The position numbers and the translations under genes are program-made. A stretch of 64,000 nucleotides of DNA from Hormiphora californensis (taxonomy: Eukaryota; Animalia; Ctenophora): positions 6,014,001 to 6,078,000 of the forward strand of contig CM035356.1 of assembly GCA_020137815.1 (NCBI GenBank). Reading direction: 5' to 3'. The notes below the pieces were generated by a model that saw nothing but the letters and a program-made list of their open reading frames with translations, was not told the DNA's origin and ran no database searches. Positions 26,101-47,827 of the stretch are shown here, one piece after another (positions within the stretch are counted from its first letter, which is position 1; each line of letters starts with the position of its first letter).

Positions 26101-28243
26101 ACAGAATGACTGAACCAAACTAGGCGATACGGTTGTAAAGTGATAGATTTAGGATTAAAGAGAGACTTAGACGGGTGTATGTCAGTGTAACAGAGCATTC
26201 AAAATGAAACAAATATGAAACTGCAAATGTATGAACTGATTGTGAGAGAGTCTGGAGAATCCCGGCAATTCGTTTATGTCACACATCCGCAAAGTACAAG
26301 AAAACTAGCAGGTATTGAGTGCGTTAGAGATCAGATATTAGAGGTACTGTGTTGAAAGATACATGAAAGGAGCACTATTTGACAGAATGACTGAACCAAA
26401 CTAGGCGATACGGTTGTAAAGTGATAGATTTAGGATTGTGAGAGAGTCTGGAGAATCCCGGCAATTCGTTTATGTCACACATCCGCAAAGTTATTCTGTA
26501 TCCAGAATGCAGAATGATGCTTTTGACAGTTTTAATGCTACTGAGACCACAGTTTTGAAGATAGAAACTTGAAATTTTGGGAATTATTAGGGGACATAGT
26601 GGAGCATTGGCACAAGGAGTATGTTTTGAGACAGAGCAATATTATGGACGTGACCTGAGTACAAGAAAACGAGCAGGTATTGAGTGCGTTAGAGATCAGA
26701 TATTAGAGGTACTGTGTTGAAAGATACATGAAAGGAGCACTATTTGACAGAATGACTGAACCAAACTAGGCGATACGGTTGTAAAGTGATAGATTTAGGA
26801 TTAAAGAGAGACTTAGACGGGTGTATGTCAGTGTAACAGAGCATTCAAAATGAAACAAATATGAAACTGCAAATGTATGAACTGATTGTGAGAGAGTCTG
26901 GAGAATCCCGGCAATTCGTTTATGTCACACATCCGCAAAGTACAAGAAAACTAGCAGGTATTGAGTGCGTTAGAGATCAGATATTAGAGGTACTGTGTTG
27001 AAAGATACATGAAAGGAGCACTATTTGACAGAATGACTGAACCAAACTAGGCGATACGGTTGTAAAGTGATAGATTTACGATTGTTGTTTTCCTTAATAC
27101 GAAGTTGTTCACCATGACAGACTAGACTTTATCAATTACCTTGACTTGTTTAAGAAGGTTCATACTCTTCCTAAAGAGGGAAGTGGGTCCCTTCAGGAAG
27201 GATCCCTCCAGGGAATACATCCTATTCACTGACTTCGGTCTCGCCTCGTCTTCTTCCGTTAGAGGTGTCTTCACATTGCTCGAACACTGATCCTCGAAAT
27301 ACCTGGAATTGTCATGGTGAATCTTGTGTTTCCATGGTAACCAACTGCATGTTTATTACCGGTGTTGTAGATCAAGGGAAGATATGATTGATGACTCGGG
27401 GAGATCTCTGATATTCTGCATAATGTCTGAGCGGCAGGGTGTCGTGGCTACCTGAATAATGAAAAACATCAGACGATCATTAAACCACTGGTTGTTAAAC
27501 TGGCGAGACGAAATATGGGTTACAAGATAACAACTCGTTTGTACAGAAGTTAAGTTATGTTATACTTGTTGAATAAGGGGTTAACAACATTTTATATATG
27601 AGAGAGAAAGGGTCATTCAATGACATATCAATATTCAGTACCTTCTGATAGAGCTCATTGCCCTCGGGTGTTGCATGGAACGGTTTATAGGACACTATAT
27701 TCAGTCCATTTGCTCCACTATGCATCCTAGTAAAGAGCTCATGACTCGGTAACTCTCCCAAATTCGTCATATCAACTTTCCGAGGGATAACAGTGTTTGC
27801 TGTTAGTGGTGCCTCAGCATTCCTCAAGTGAAGCCGTTTAACTAACGGAACATTATCTCGGTGTTTGAATGAGATGATGTCACTGTTCCGAGGATCACGT
27901 GATCCCCGTGGACCCACGGGGGCATCCCGAGGTGCTTCGTATTGGGGTGTCCCATATGTGGCAGGAGAACTGACATCTGAACCTGAAGAATTAGGGGTTT
28001 TCAAATAGAATTAGACGTGGTTCAGTGTCATGTTTTGGGGTAGAGTATAAACTGCACCATGCCACGACATGTAGCGTTATTCTCTCATCCCTCAAACTAA
28101 TTCTACTAACTTGGCGTATGGAATTGTGTGTTTATAGGTCCACTAGCAGCAGCACCAGGGGTGGGTGAAGTTCCTTCCTCAGTAGGCTCATTGGTGAAAA
28201 TGTAAAGCAGTCGACCCTGAGCGCCAGGGAGAATCTTGACCAT
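17114..28243 (-). CDS. ABCG5: ABCG5-like (sterolin-type) ABC half-transporter, roughly 18-20 exons, with long N-terminal extension
   Basis: Exons give Walker [11 protein letters not shown]-loop [18 protein letters not shown], signature [12 protein letters not shown], Walker [13 protein letters not shown]-loop [21 protein letters not shown], and TMD segments [31 protein letters not shown]...[32 protein letters not shown]. These resemble ABCG5 more than other ABCGs as I recall them. Some exon boundaries near 20200-20500 and 22500 are uncertain. Confidence 0.88.
18011..18735. mobile_element. MITE with TA TSD (Tc1/pogo-like), in an ABCG5 intron
   Basis: TIRs gggtagaaaggggtaaaatggcacac / gtgtgccattttacccctttctaccc flanked by TA; many internal ccattttacccc copies. 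Confidence 0.9.
23236..23578. repeat. Short element with 4-5 copies of a ~51-bp internal repeat
   Basis: ctggaacaaggtaacgttttgcctttgag..gtcttgag repeated; ends ctatggcgcta / tggcgctatag are imperfect inverted repeats. Confidence 0.65.
24399..27080. repeat. ~250-280-bp modular satellite (~10 units) in an ABCG5 intron
   Basis: Core gtattgagtgcgttagagatcagatattagagg...aactgattgtgagagag repeated with alternative linkers. Confidence 0.95.
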
Positions 28244-29305
28244 CAATCCATTAACAGAGCTTTCAAATATGTGTTAGATTTCTATAGTAGGGACGATATT
28301 GTAGTGTCATTGAGGGTGGGGGATTTCTAGCAAGCTGCAGTTGACGGTTGCTTATAAAGTAGGAGAAGTACTAAAAGAAGATGGAGTATCCTCAGCTGTA
28401 AATGGTTCTTACTGAACACATAAAAGCACATAAATAACCCCAAGCTTTCTCTTGACGCATATTTTTATTCCTAATCCTATGATTAACGATAATTAGTGGT
28501 TATATTAATAGTTAACGGAAAAATGGTTAAATCTTTGAGTTAGGCCATAACGCGATTGCTCAATAACTATTATTATTATTTCTAAGCGAGAGAAGCATAG
28601 AAGCATTCCGAGAAGGCAGATCAATGCATTGAAAGAAAGGAAAAATACAAAATGAAGGAGGGAGACATACGACGTGTAGATTTGCTTTTGCGGTGCAACA
28701 GTGTAAGAAATTGCAATCTTCGTCTTATTCTTTCTCCCTCCCTGTTTCCCTCTCTCTCTCTCTCACTCACTCTCTCACTCCCTCTCTTCCATTCTCAATT
28801 AGTCATGATCTGTGAGATAATGAACACACCTGAGTTTTACACTGATCAATTAGTAGAAGAATTGTGAGTTGAACTAGGCGAACTGCATAGAATTATATTC
28901 AAAATAGCTGTGAAGTTTGACCTGTTATGGTAAAATGGTGCAAAAATACAGACACAGACCCATTCGATTAGAGCCGTAGCATTTTCTCTCTTTTTGGGAC
29001 GCATTTTATCTGTCCTCCCCTTCCCAGTCTCATTATTCCTCATGTACATGAATCTCCCAGCTGCTACATCATCCCACACATAATTACCACGTCAGCTAAT
29101 TATTCTCTTCATCTCAATCTCACACGCACACGGCAACTATGCCGTACAGTTTATGGTACAAACTATAAAAGCGAGTAATATAAACTGCAGATGACATAAA
29201 ATAAACAAGCTGACTTTGATAAACAATAAACTGAAGAAAGTGGTAAACTATCTTTTCAACACTGCTTGCATGTACGCTATATAGTAAAACATTGTAGATA
29301 TATGG

Positions 29306-29580
29306 TAAAGTCTGATTTTTAATAATGTGAACGGGGGGCGCGCACTTAAATTCACTTAATTCCATTTGCGCGTGCTAAATTCTGTTTCTGACAATCTTAA
29401 GACTTGATCCCGGAAGTATTGGAAAGATAATTTTAAGAACTTTTCAATGCAACCAAGATCAAGTCTTTATCTTATCAGGAGCCAGAGATATGATCGAAAC
29501 AAGTGTGAAAAAACTTTCCCACGGTGCGTGGGAAAGTTTTTTGCGCGCCCCCCGTTCGCATTATTAAAAATCGGACTTTA
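29306..29580. mobile_element. MITE-like element with ~38-bp inverted repeats
   Basis: taaagtctgatttttaataatgtgaacggggggcgcgca versus tgcgcgccccccgttcgcattattaaaaatcggacttta. Confidence 0.7.
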
Positions 29581-30161
29581 GACCGAAGAAGGTGTTGGTC
29601 TAGTTTACAACATGTATGTTGTACACAGTAAACAGCTTGCAGCTTCAGACCGTATATACACACCTAGACAGGCGCTGGTAAGTGTAAGCCATTAAATCTA
29701 GTGTCTATACACCGTATATTATTTGACACTCGCGGCAGAGATCAGGTCATTTCTCTCTCAGGAGAGAGAGGGAGAGATAAGCATAGAGAGAGGGAGAATG
29801 AGAGAGACCATGACATTTCATGAAAGCTGCCTTCATAATTCAAGTTTATACAATTCTCTTTACGACACAAACCAGATCAGCCAACTGCCCACATAATATT
29901 AGACTGTCTAGCCACATTTCGTTTTGTACGCGGAGAGAGAGGGTCGAACAAACAAATTTCAAAATAATACTAACAGCTCAGTATCTCACAACCTCCCCTC
30001 AACCAAAATGATACAAAATATGCTCTAGAAATCAATGAATATGTAACTATTATAACTGTATAATATCAATATTCGTACACTCTCTCTCTCTCTCCCTCAC
30101 ACTCTGCATGGTAATGTTCCGGAGAATTAGAACGATGTTAATTGGTAGAGTTCAAATGTAT

Positions 30162-30994
30162 TTAGGTGCCGGCAGGCACCTCCGACCCGAAGAAAACAGC
30201 AAAAAACGAAAAAAAGAAAAAAAAATTTTTTGCCCTTGCACAAAAACCCAAAAATGCCGGCCCTATTAAGAACAAAGGAAGGTCTTTTTTTTGGGGGGGG
30301 GGGGGGCCGGGGGGGGGGGCAAAAAACATGTCAACGATTGTGGCCACACCGTTTGAGATATCGACTTGAAATTTTGTAGGCATGTTCTTGTAGTATTCCT
30401 TTGTGTCATGACGTTGGCGGATTTTTGAATTTTTAATTAATTAATTAATTATAGGTAATTAAAAATGGTGCAAGGGCACCGTGCCCTTGCACATTGCGTG
30501 TTCTGTCCCTTGCACCGCGCCCTTGCACCAAATTCTATTTTCCGTTCTGCTTAAAATATCGACTTGAAACTTTGTAGGAATGTTCTTCAATCATAAAAGA
30601 TGATGTTCGAAAAGTGGGAATAGTCAAAATTAATTAATTAGTTAGTTAGAGCCGTGCAAAAAATGGAATTTGGTGCAAGGGCAGGCAATGTGCAAGGGCA
30701 AATGGTGCAAGGGCAGCCCTTGCACCAATTTTATGATCGAACTGTGTCCACACCGTTTAATATTTTGACACGAAACTTTCTATGCATGTTCTAGTAGCAT
30801 AACTACGAGTACTAGAAGAGCCGTATGATTAATATATCAATTAGGTAATTAATTATAGGCAAATTAATCAAAATTTGCCCTTGCACAATTTGTGCAAATT
30901 TCCCCTGAACATGTGCCCTTGCACCATTTTGTTTGCCCATGCACTAAATTATATTTTCCGTTATGCTTAAAATATCGACTTGAAACTTTCTAGG
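30162..30994. mobile_element. Truncated DNA-transposon-like repeat rich in gcccttgcac/gtgcaagggc motifs
   Basis: About a dozen direct and inverted gcccttgcac copies; atatcgacttgaaa block repeated three times; starts with hairpin aggtgccggcaggcacct. Confidence 0.55.
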
Positions 30995-32503
30995 TTATGA
31001 TGAACAATAAGCTATAAAAACGCCCCTTTTTGTTACACAAGCCTGTGCTTTCACTTCTCACATATCGCTTATCAGTTTTGTTGCTCCAGCTCGCTGCTGA
31101 TCGCATCCTTTGTTCAACTGATCTTGCTATTGTACTACAAACTTGTTCAACGCGGAGATGGATCGTACCTTCTCCAGTTGGCGCCATGGAGGTCCAGGTG
31201 ACAGGGCTTGTACTGCTGACTTCCTCAGGTTAGAGACATCTATCATTGCTACACTACGGCGTGCTGCGGGGTACTCTGAACCCAACAAAGAGGGAGGTGA
31301 TTTTGACCCGAACAAATTGACGAACAACTACTTGAAAGGCCTAGATACCAACAAGAAGCTGAAGATAATTGCTGACATGGCTGGTCTTCTCTGGTACCGG
31401 TCACTGCCTCTCTCACAAATGACCAGGAAGCAGATAGAGGATAAGAAAGAGGATACAAAACCTGCTATCAGTTGCCCGGCTAATGATAAATTAACAGATA
31501 ACATGGAAGTCGATTTTGAAGTCCTAGACGATCTGAAAACCACCAGGGACCGTCTTGACGCCACCAAGGATGAACTGTTGGAGCGGGACCGCAAAATCAT
31601 CGCGTTACAGGACGAGGTTAGTGCCCTCAAAGACTCTATCATCGCCTACAAGGATTCCCTGCTAGAAAAGAGTATCAGCGCTGTACAAACGGTGGTCAAG
31701 GAGGAGATTATGAGCTACTCCACTGTTTTGGAGACTGCCGCCACCGCTGTAAAGGAGAGCTGTGTATCTGCTCTCGCCCCCAGCAAGATCCGGACAGCCA
31801 TCGCCAGTGCCTCCGAAGATCGTACCGCCAACTTGATTGTCTACGGGCTCCCTGAAACAACGGATAGCAACGATTGTGACAAGATAAAGGACGTGTTCCA
31901 GGAACTTGGTGAAGCTCCAGTTGTTTCGAAAGTTGAGAGACTTGGGAGGAGTGGTGAGCAAGTTCGGCCTGTTCGGGTATTTATGAGGACCAGAGACGCA
32001 GCAAGGACAGTTCTGGGGAAGTCTGCTCAGCTCAAAGACTCAGACTCTTATCAGACAGTTTATATAGCGCCAGACAGGACTGTTGAGGAGCGAGCTGAGC
32101 GTAGAGTTTTGGTAGCGAGATTGAGAGAGAGAAGGGAACTTGAACCAGAGAAGACTTGGCGTATTAGAAGGGGTTCAGTTGTTGAAGAGGCCCAGGAAGA
32201 GTGAGAGAGAGAGAGAGAGAGTGAGAGAGAGAGAGAGCGATTTACCCTACTATTATACAATTCATTATTCTCATTTTTGTTACAGTTTTAAACTTTGTAA
32301 GGACGCAGTGGGGACCAGGGTGGGGCAACAGGTTCAAAGCACACATAAGACCTTACCGTCTTCGTGCTAACGACCCTGTTGCGCCACCCTGAATCCTCAC
32401 TCAGTTTGGTCCGTGTGGCTGGTTTGCTTAATATTATATGTTTATTTCGGCGCAATGCCACTGCCAGCGGCAGTTTGAATGAAAAAATGAATGAATGAAT
32501 GAA
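30995..32503 (+). mobile_element. Non-autonomous ORF1-only retroelement with L2-like 3' end
   Basis: ORF1, then a 3'UTR with hairpin actgccagcggcagt and a (TGAA)n tail at ~32476-32503. The 5' boundary is inferred from loss of similarity to the neighbouring repeat. Confidence 0.6.
31143..32204 (+). CDS. CR1/L2-type ORF1-like protein (coiled coil + RRM-like + C-terminal domain), with no ORF2
   Basis: Coiled coil followed by DRTANLIVYGLPE...RLG...RPVRV...VYIAPDRTVEERAERR...WRIRRG, typical of L2/CR1 ORF1. Confidence 0.8.
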   Translation: MFNAEMDRTFSSWRHGGPGDRACTADFLRLETSIIATLRRAAGYSEPNKEGGDFDPNKLTNNYLKGLDTNKKLKIIADMAGLLWYRSLPLSQMTRKQIEDKKEDTKPAISCPANDKLTDNMEVDFEVLDDLKTTRDRLDATKDELLERDRKIIALQDEVSALKDSIIAYKDSLLEKSISAVQTVVKEEIMSYSTVLETAATAVKESCVSALAPSKIRTAIASASEDRTANLIVYGLPETTDSNDCDKIKDVFQELGEAPVVSKVERLGRSGEQVRPVRVFMRTRDAARTVLGKSAQLKDSDSYQTVYIAPDRTVEERAERRVLVARLRERRELEPEKTWRIRRGSVVEEAQEE

Positions 32504-33083
32504 ATGGTATCGAAGACACCTCACACTCTGTCGCCGGGCGACCTTCGCGTGCACACGCTGGCAAGGGGTAACTTCGTAACCAAAGCCTGTGCATTGTGCA
32601 TAATGAAATGGATAAATTTTCATCCAGTTGCTGGCGATAGAACTCGATAGAGTTCGATTGATTTACCATGACAACGGAGTTGGTTACCATACTAACCAGA
32701 GAATTCGTTGTAAAATAGTCCTTTCTTGCTATAAACTCGGCCTTTAGATAGAAAATTGATTTTATTCTACTCGCACTAATGCAAGGGCATTTCACAGTTT
32801 GGTGCCGTTATTTTTGTCTATATTTTTAATAGGATTTTGGGATTAGACTGAAAGTATGGGATCATTTGAGAAGTAGTGAAGATTTGAAAATGTTAGCAAC
32901 TTGCCGGTTCGACAAACTAAACCCATATGATTCCAACTTCGGGTCGGACGAGGGGAAGCTTGCCTTTTGCGAACATAGAAATTACGCTAGCAAGTAAAGG
33001 CTGTTCCTAAAAGTAAAATGAATTCATGTCATGAATATAATCACACAAATCTCTGAATAGTTTCTGATGAATGGGAACAGAAT

Positions 33084-33182
<99 letters not shown>

Positions 33183-34354
33183 CACTGGTTGGAGCTGGAT
33201 TAATTTCCTAGATGAGAGTATCTGTCCCTACATACAACATACACCCCTAAATACAAGTACAACAAGCTGCCAGCTTCTCTCTCTTTTTTTCTCGCCAGAA
33301 ATTAAACTCTCGCCCGGTTAACTGTTTAGATGCCCGTATATGAACGGGAACCTTCATCAGCATATGTGATAGTATAAGGTAAGAAAGTGGTCAGGACAAA
33401 ACTGAGAAGCGTCAATCTATCAAGCCCATGCCTATTGTAATACAATTTGTATATTAGTACAATGAATCCACATGATCCCATATATGTCGCAAGATGTTAT
33501 CCTGCTCTTGAATATTATTCCTACGATTCATTTTACTCGCATTATAATTTGACCAGGAATTTGTAAACCTTTCATCTTCAATCAGATACTGTCTCATTCT
33601 GCAGAATCTTGTCAGGCACTGACTGTACATCGCGCTCCCCGCAAGTACAATACAAACTATAATAAAGTCATTTTATAGTGGGAGAATGCAAGGTCTTGTG
33701 GTCGAGCTAGCTATATACAAAACACAAAGTGTACGACATACTGAGAGCAGGAGAATGTAGAGGCCAGATATATTATACTGACATAGTGAGAGGTATAGAC
33801 TGCACGTCACACGACCATGCTAGTCACTGACAGTGTCAGGCCAATATGCTCTGACCACAGTTCTCGTGCGCTCCACGCGTGCATAACAGAAAAAATGAGA
33901 ATACCTTAAGGGTCAGGCCAATGCTCTGACAGAGTCTACACCAATTATACACCCCTTCTTCTGTCCAATCTGTCGTTGACAAGATGCCCACGGCTGTCAA
34001 TGAAATGATCTGATGGTCTAAATTGCCTTGCTACCTTATTTGGGCATGTGACGTCATTACTTTGATAATCAGCTATAATACCGAATACGAGCTGTCATTT
34101 TATTTGTGTAATTAGAAATCGAAAAGGTAAAGCTAAAAGTTAACATGCTCCTGTGTGGCCCCGTTTTGAATTTGATTCTGAAACAGACAGTGCCCTCAGC
34201 ACATTGCTCACGTCGGTCCCAGACGAGACATACTCTGAGTTCTGACTGTGGCACGAACAGTTCAGCTTTGACTCAAAGTTTGAGCGAGAAGCAGCTATTT
34301 TGTACATTGTACTAATTGTACAATGAGAGAGGGTCGATTGAGGCAAAAAAACAA

Positions 34355-34629
34355 GGGTCACCACACACCAAAGTTAAAATTAAAATTAAAATTTTGATTT
34401 TAAACCCGCACACACCAGCGGCCGTTAAAATTTATCTCCCCATTCTAAAAGTAACGATCTCACGCACGATTTTGACGGTCGCGTTGGATCAAAATTTTAA
34501 CACGCCGTTAAAATCGCGCGCGAGATTGTTACTTTTAGAATGGGGGAGAGAAATTTTAACGGCCGCTGGTGTGTGCGGGTTTAAAATCAAAATTTTAATT
34601 TTAATTTTAACTTTGGTGTGTGGTGACCC
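34355..34629. mobile_element. Palindromic MITE (PIF/Harbinger-like)
   Basis: Near-perfect ~130-bp inverted arms gggtcaccacacaccaaag... / ...ctttggtgtgtggtgaccc; flanks caa/taa. Confidence 0.88.
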
Positions 34630-35591
34630 TAAGGAATATTGAATAAATAGGAGAGGAGAATAGGTGGAGATTACATTTATCTATGATATAGTCATTTCGT
34701 CGAATAGAAGGAGAGAGAGACTGAGGGAGAGAAGGAGAGGAACGATCGTGTGGATCACCGGCACACAAATTATGACTGATCTTAGCTCTTATTAGTACTA
34801 CCTTAACTACCTACCACTAATACGTGTACATTGCTATAATTATAATGGCTATAAATGTAGGAGATTTGAGGCAGAATGTCGGATAAGCAAAGCAGGAGCT
34901 GGTCATTTAGCAATGGCGTCCTTGCTATGATACAGGAATAGCAATGAATTGAGATTATTCGGTCAAAATTCATGAATTTTCTTATTTACATGACAGCAAA
35001 CTCGAATGACGAATATGGCGAGAATGCTCAAAAATAGCTAGCGAAGGCTAAAAAGAGATGCGAGGTAATTTTGCTACATACTAATCGGACATACATTTCG
35101 CCACAGACACAGCTCTCATCACAGGAAATATACAGAAAGAGCGGGGTTGTAGAAAACATGGAGAGAGAGGGAGAGAACTTTGCTACTTTACTCATACTCA
35201 TAGTAGTGGAGGGGTGCCGGTGACTGCCGAATGCGTCACCGACACGGCATACTACTATTATACTAGCAAGAGAATAAGATTAAGAGATGGCGGAGGCCGG
35301 AGAGGAGAGTTTACGTAGAGCTTTCCGTGCGTTTATCCGTAATGGCTAGAGCTAACGCGTGTGCGCTCTCCCTATCTCTCGCTATCTCTCTCTCGATCTC
35401 TCTCTCCCCATATCTCCATGTCTCATTGGGAAATTATGCATGTAGATCTATACCTTGGACAAAGCAGCGAGCAAGGAGAGAGCTATAATACACCCACACA
35501 CATTCGATGCTCACTCCCTATCAGTATTATGATTCATAGTATAGCATGACTTGTAGTTACATAGTAACTTTACTATCCCTCCACGTATTAT

Positions 35592-35662
35592 CTGTCAGAG
35601 CATTGGCCTGACCCATTCTCGCCGAGCGCACGAGAACTGTGGTCAGAGCATTGGCCTGACAG
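35592..35662. repeat. Dispersed ~70-bp mini-element with gtcagagcattggcctgac ends (other copies ~22594-22668, ~33834-33932, ~60788-60849)
   Basis: Same paired motif ctgtcagagcattggcctgac...gtcagagcattggcctgacag at four loci, in both orientations. Confidence 0.8.
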
Positions 35663-36378
35663 CGTGTTATATAGTAGGCCTACCGCATCTCCAGTTACCA
35701 CGCCAACTCCAAGTTTCAGCCTGTCTGGCGGCGCCGACACCGTTTAATTTTGATTCTCATCCTCGAGGATCAACACGCGATAGTGATAATGAGGCCAGAT
35801 CGGGTGATTGCTGCCAGAGCATTCTCCTGACAGGGTGATCGACGCAGCCAGACAGGCTCATATCTGGTTCAGAGAACTTTGTAACAAATGAAAAGACGGG
35901 TCTCACCACTGTACGATGATTACTCGTACAATAATTAATTATCACACAATTTAAGCTGAACAATCAAAGAATCGCAAAATAACTTAACTTTACACATCAC
36001 ACCAGAGTCCTAATTTAAATTATACCGATCACTTAACACGCCGGGTTAACTAGTTACTGATATTACTATACCCCTAACTTCTGCGTTTATATCTCAAAAA
36101 GTTTTAGTCGACTGTCAAAACATACATCATCTCCCACCATCAAATAATTAGCTCAACTAGCGGTGCTGCAGTCAATAACACACAAAAGCAGAAAAATAAA
36201 ATGCCCCTAGTTCTTTCAGCGTTAGTTAAGATGACTTCATAACTAAACTTCTTTATTTAGGGAATAAAATCGCCAAAAACAGTTCTGCAGAGTGCAGCTA
36301 TTATACATTTTAACCCCAAAAACACCAAAAATAAAGAACAGCAAGCATTTAAGTTTTAACCCACAAACAAAATCTCGT

Positions 36379-46360
<9,982 letters not shown>

Positions 46361-46759
46361 CCTCTCACTCTCTCTTTTGGACCGCACCAACACCGGCTAT
46401 TGTTCAGGAGATCGGGATTAGGGGCATCAGAAATAATCGAACTATGCTACAATCTCAAAGGACACATTTATCGTAGAGATATTTTAATAACTGGTCGGCA
46501 ACTCTCTCAGTAAAATATCTCTGCAATAAATCAGTCTCTCTTACTACGCGACGGACTACCTCCATGTCCAACAATCTTGTCCAGTGACCATTTCTGTCCT
46601 TGCCAAGTTAGACTGTTTTTCGCACGCCCCGTAAAGGGATTATTATTATTAAGTCTAAAAATGTATACATTGCATTAACTCAACATATACATTATACGCC
46701 CCTTTTTGTGGGCAATTTGGATAGTCCTTTCGATTTAAAATTCAATGGTTAGAGTTCAC

Positions 46760-47827
46760 TTAGCCACATTTAATGACCCCCTTACTAATCCAATAACGTC
46801 CATTCGGATTATCTCGTTTTAGTTCTTTCAGAGTATCAACAAGAGATTTCCGCTCTCGCTGTTCGTCTGGTGATAGGTCGGGAGAGAGAAAAACGGATGA
46901 AAACTTCTCTGAACTCTGCAGCTGCTTTGCTTTCCGAAGAAGCTGCAGCAAGGATTCCCTTCTTTCAAGGGTGACGATAACAGGTCTCGCTCGATCATCA
47001 GTCCTTAGGCCAACCCGCTTTGTGGAGGTCACGACAGGTTTCTCATTTAGCTCAGCAAAAATATCCTGAACTTCATGATCAGTAGCCCTGGCAGTGGTTT
47101 CTGGAAGCCCAAATAAAACCAAATTCAGCTTTCTATCCGGAGTTGTTCTTTCAGTTGGTGGAGAGGAAACTGTCGCCTTCTTCCATGCTTCCTTCAGGCG
47201 AGATGGAGCAATAGCAGCTGAACAATTCTGTACAAGGACCTTGGAGTAGTCATGCAACTGCTTTTGGACAGATTCTGACATCGAGTTGTTTTCACGTTTT
47301 TGTACTTCAATCAAACTATTTTGTGCTTCTATCAGCTTCCCTTGCAATGCAATCCTTGCTACCCGATGCTTGTCGACTTCTTCTTTGAACGTGCTAAGTT
47401 CTTTCTGTACCTCCTCCAGTTTCCTATTACAGTCCTCCAGTTGCAGGCGTTCTTTCGTTCTAGCACTTTCATAGTTCTTCATCTTAGTTTCACACAATCG
47501 TTTCTCATTCCCTATTTCCCTCCCTAACTGGAGAATGTGACGACAGAGTTTCTTAGTGATAGCCTGAAGTTTTTCTGCTTGGTACTCCTTCAACTTGTAA
47601 TCTAGTGGTAGTGCTTCCTCAATATATTGACGCTCATTATCCTCCATATCCTTTTCCAAGATCTCGTTTAGTAAATCCTCTACCGCTTCTCGCTCGCGTT
47701 GACGATTCAGAGTTCCTTTCTTTACCAACATTATATCACTCATTGCACTAAACAGTGTACTTCTCATCGTACTACCCAAACATTCTCCTATACTTGAAGA
47801 TTTCTTGGGCTTCTCCATCGTCGTCAT
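46760..47827 (-). CDS. Second stand-alone CR1/L2-type ORF1-like protein; (TAA)n tail ~110 bp downstream
   Basis: Coiled coil, then DRKLNLVLFGLPE...RVG...RPVIV...VFLSPDLSPDEQRERK...YWISKG; homologous to 31143-32204. Minus-strand taataataataa at ~46640-46651. Confidence 0.8.
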   Translation of the reverse strand: MTTMEKPKKSSSIGECLGSTMRSTLFSAMSDIMLVKKGTLNRQREREAVEDLLNEILEKDMEDNERQYIEEALPLDYKLKEYQAEKLQAITKKLCRHILQLGREIGNEKRLCETKMKNYESARTKERLQLEDCNRKLEEVQKELSTFKEEVDKHRVARIALQGKLIEAQNSLIEVQKRENNSMSESVQKQLHDYSKVLVQNCSAAIAPSRLKEAWKKATVSSPPTERTTPDRKLNLVLFGLPETTARATDHEVQDIFAELNEKPVVTSTKRVGLRTDDRARPVIVTLERRESLLQLLRKAKQLQSSEKFSSVFLSPDLSPDEQRERKSLVDTLKELKRDNPNGRYWISKGVIKCG

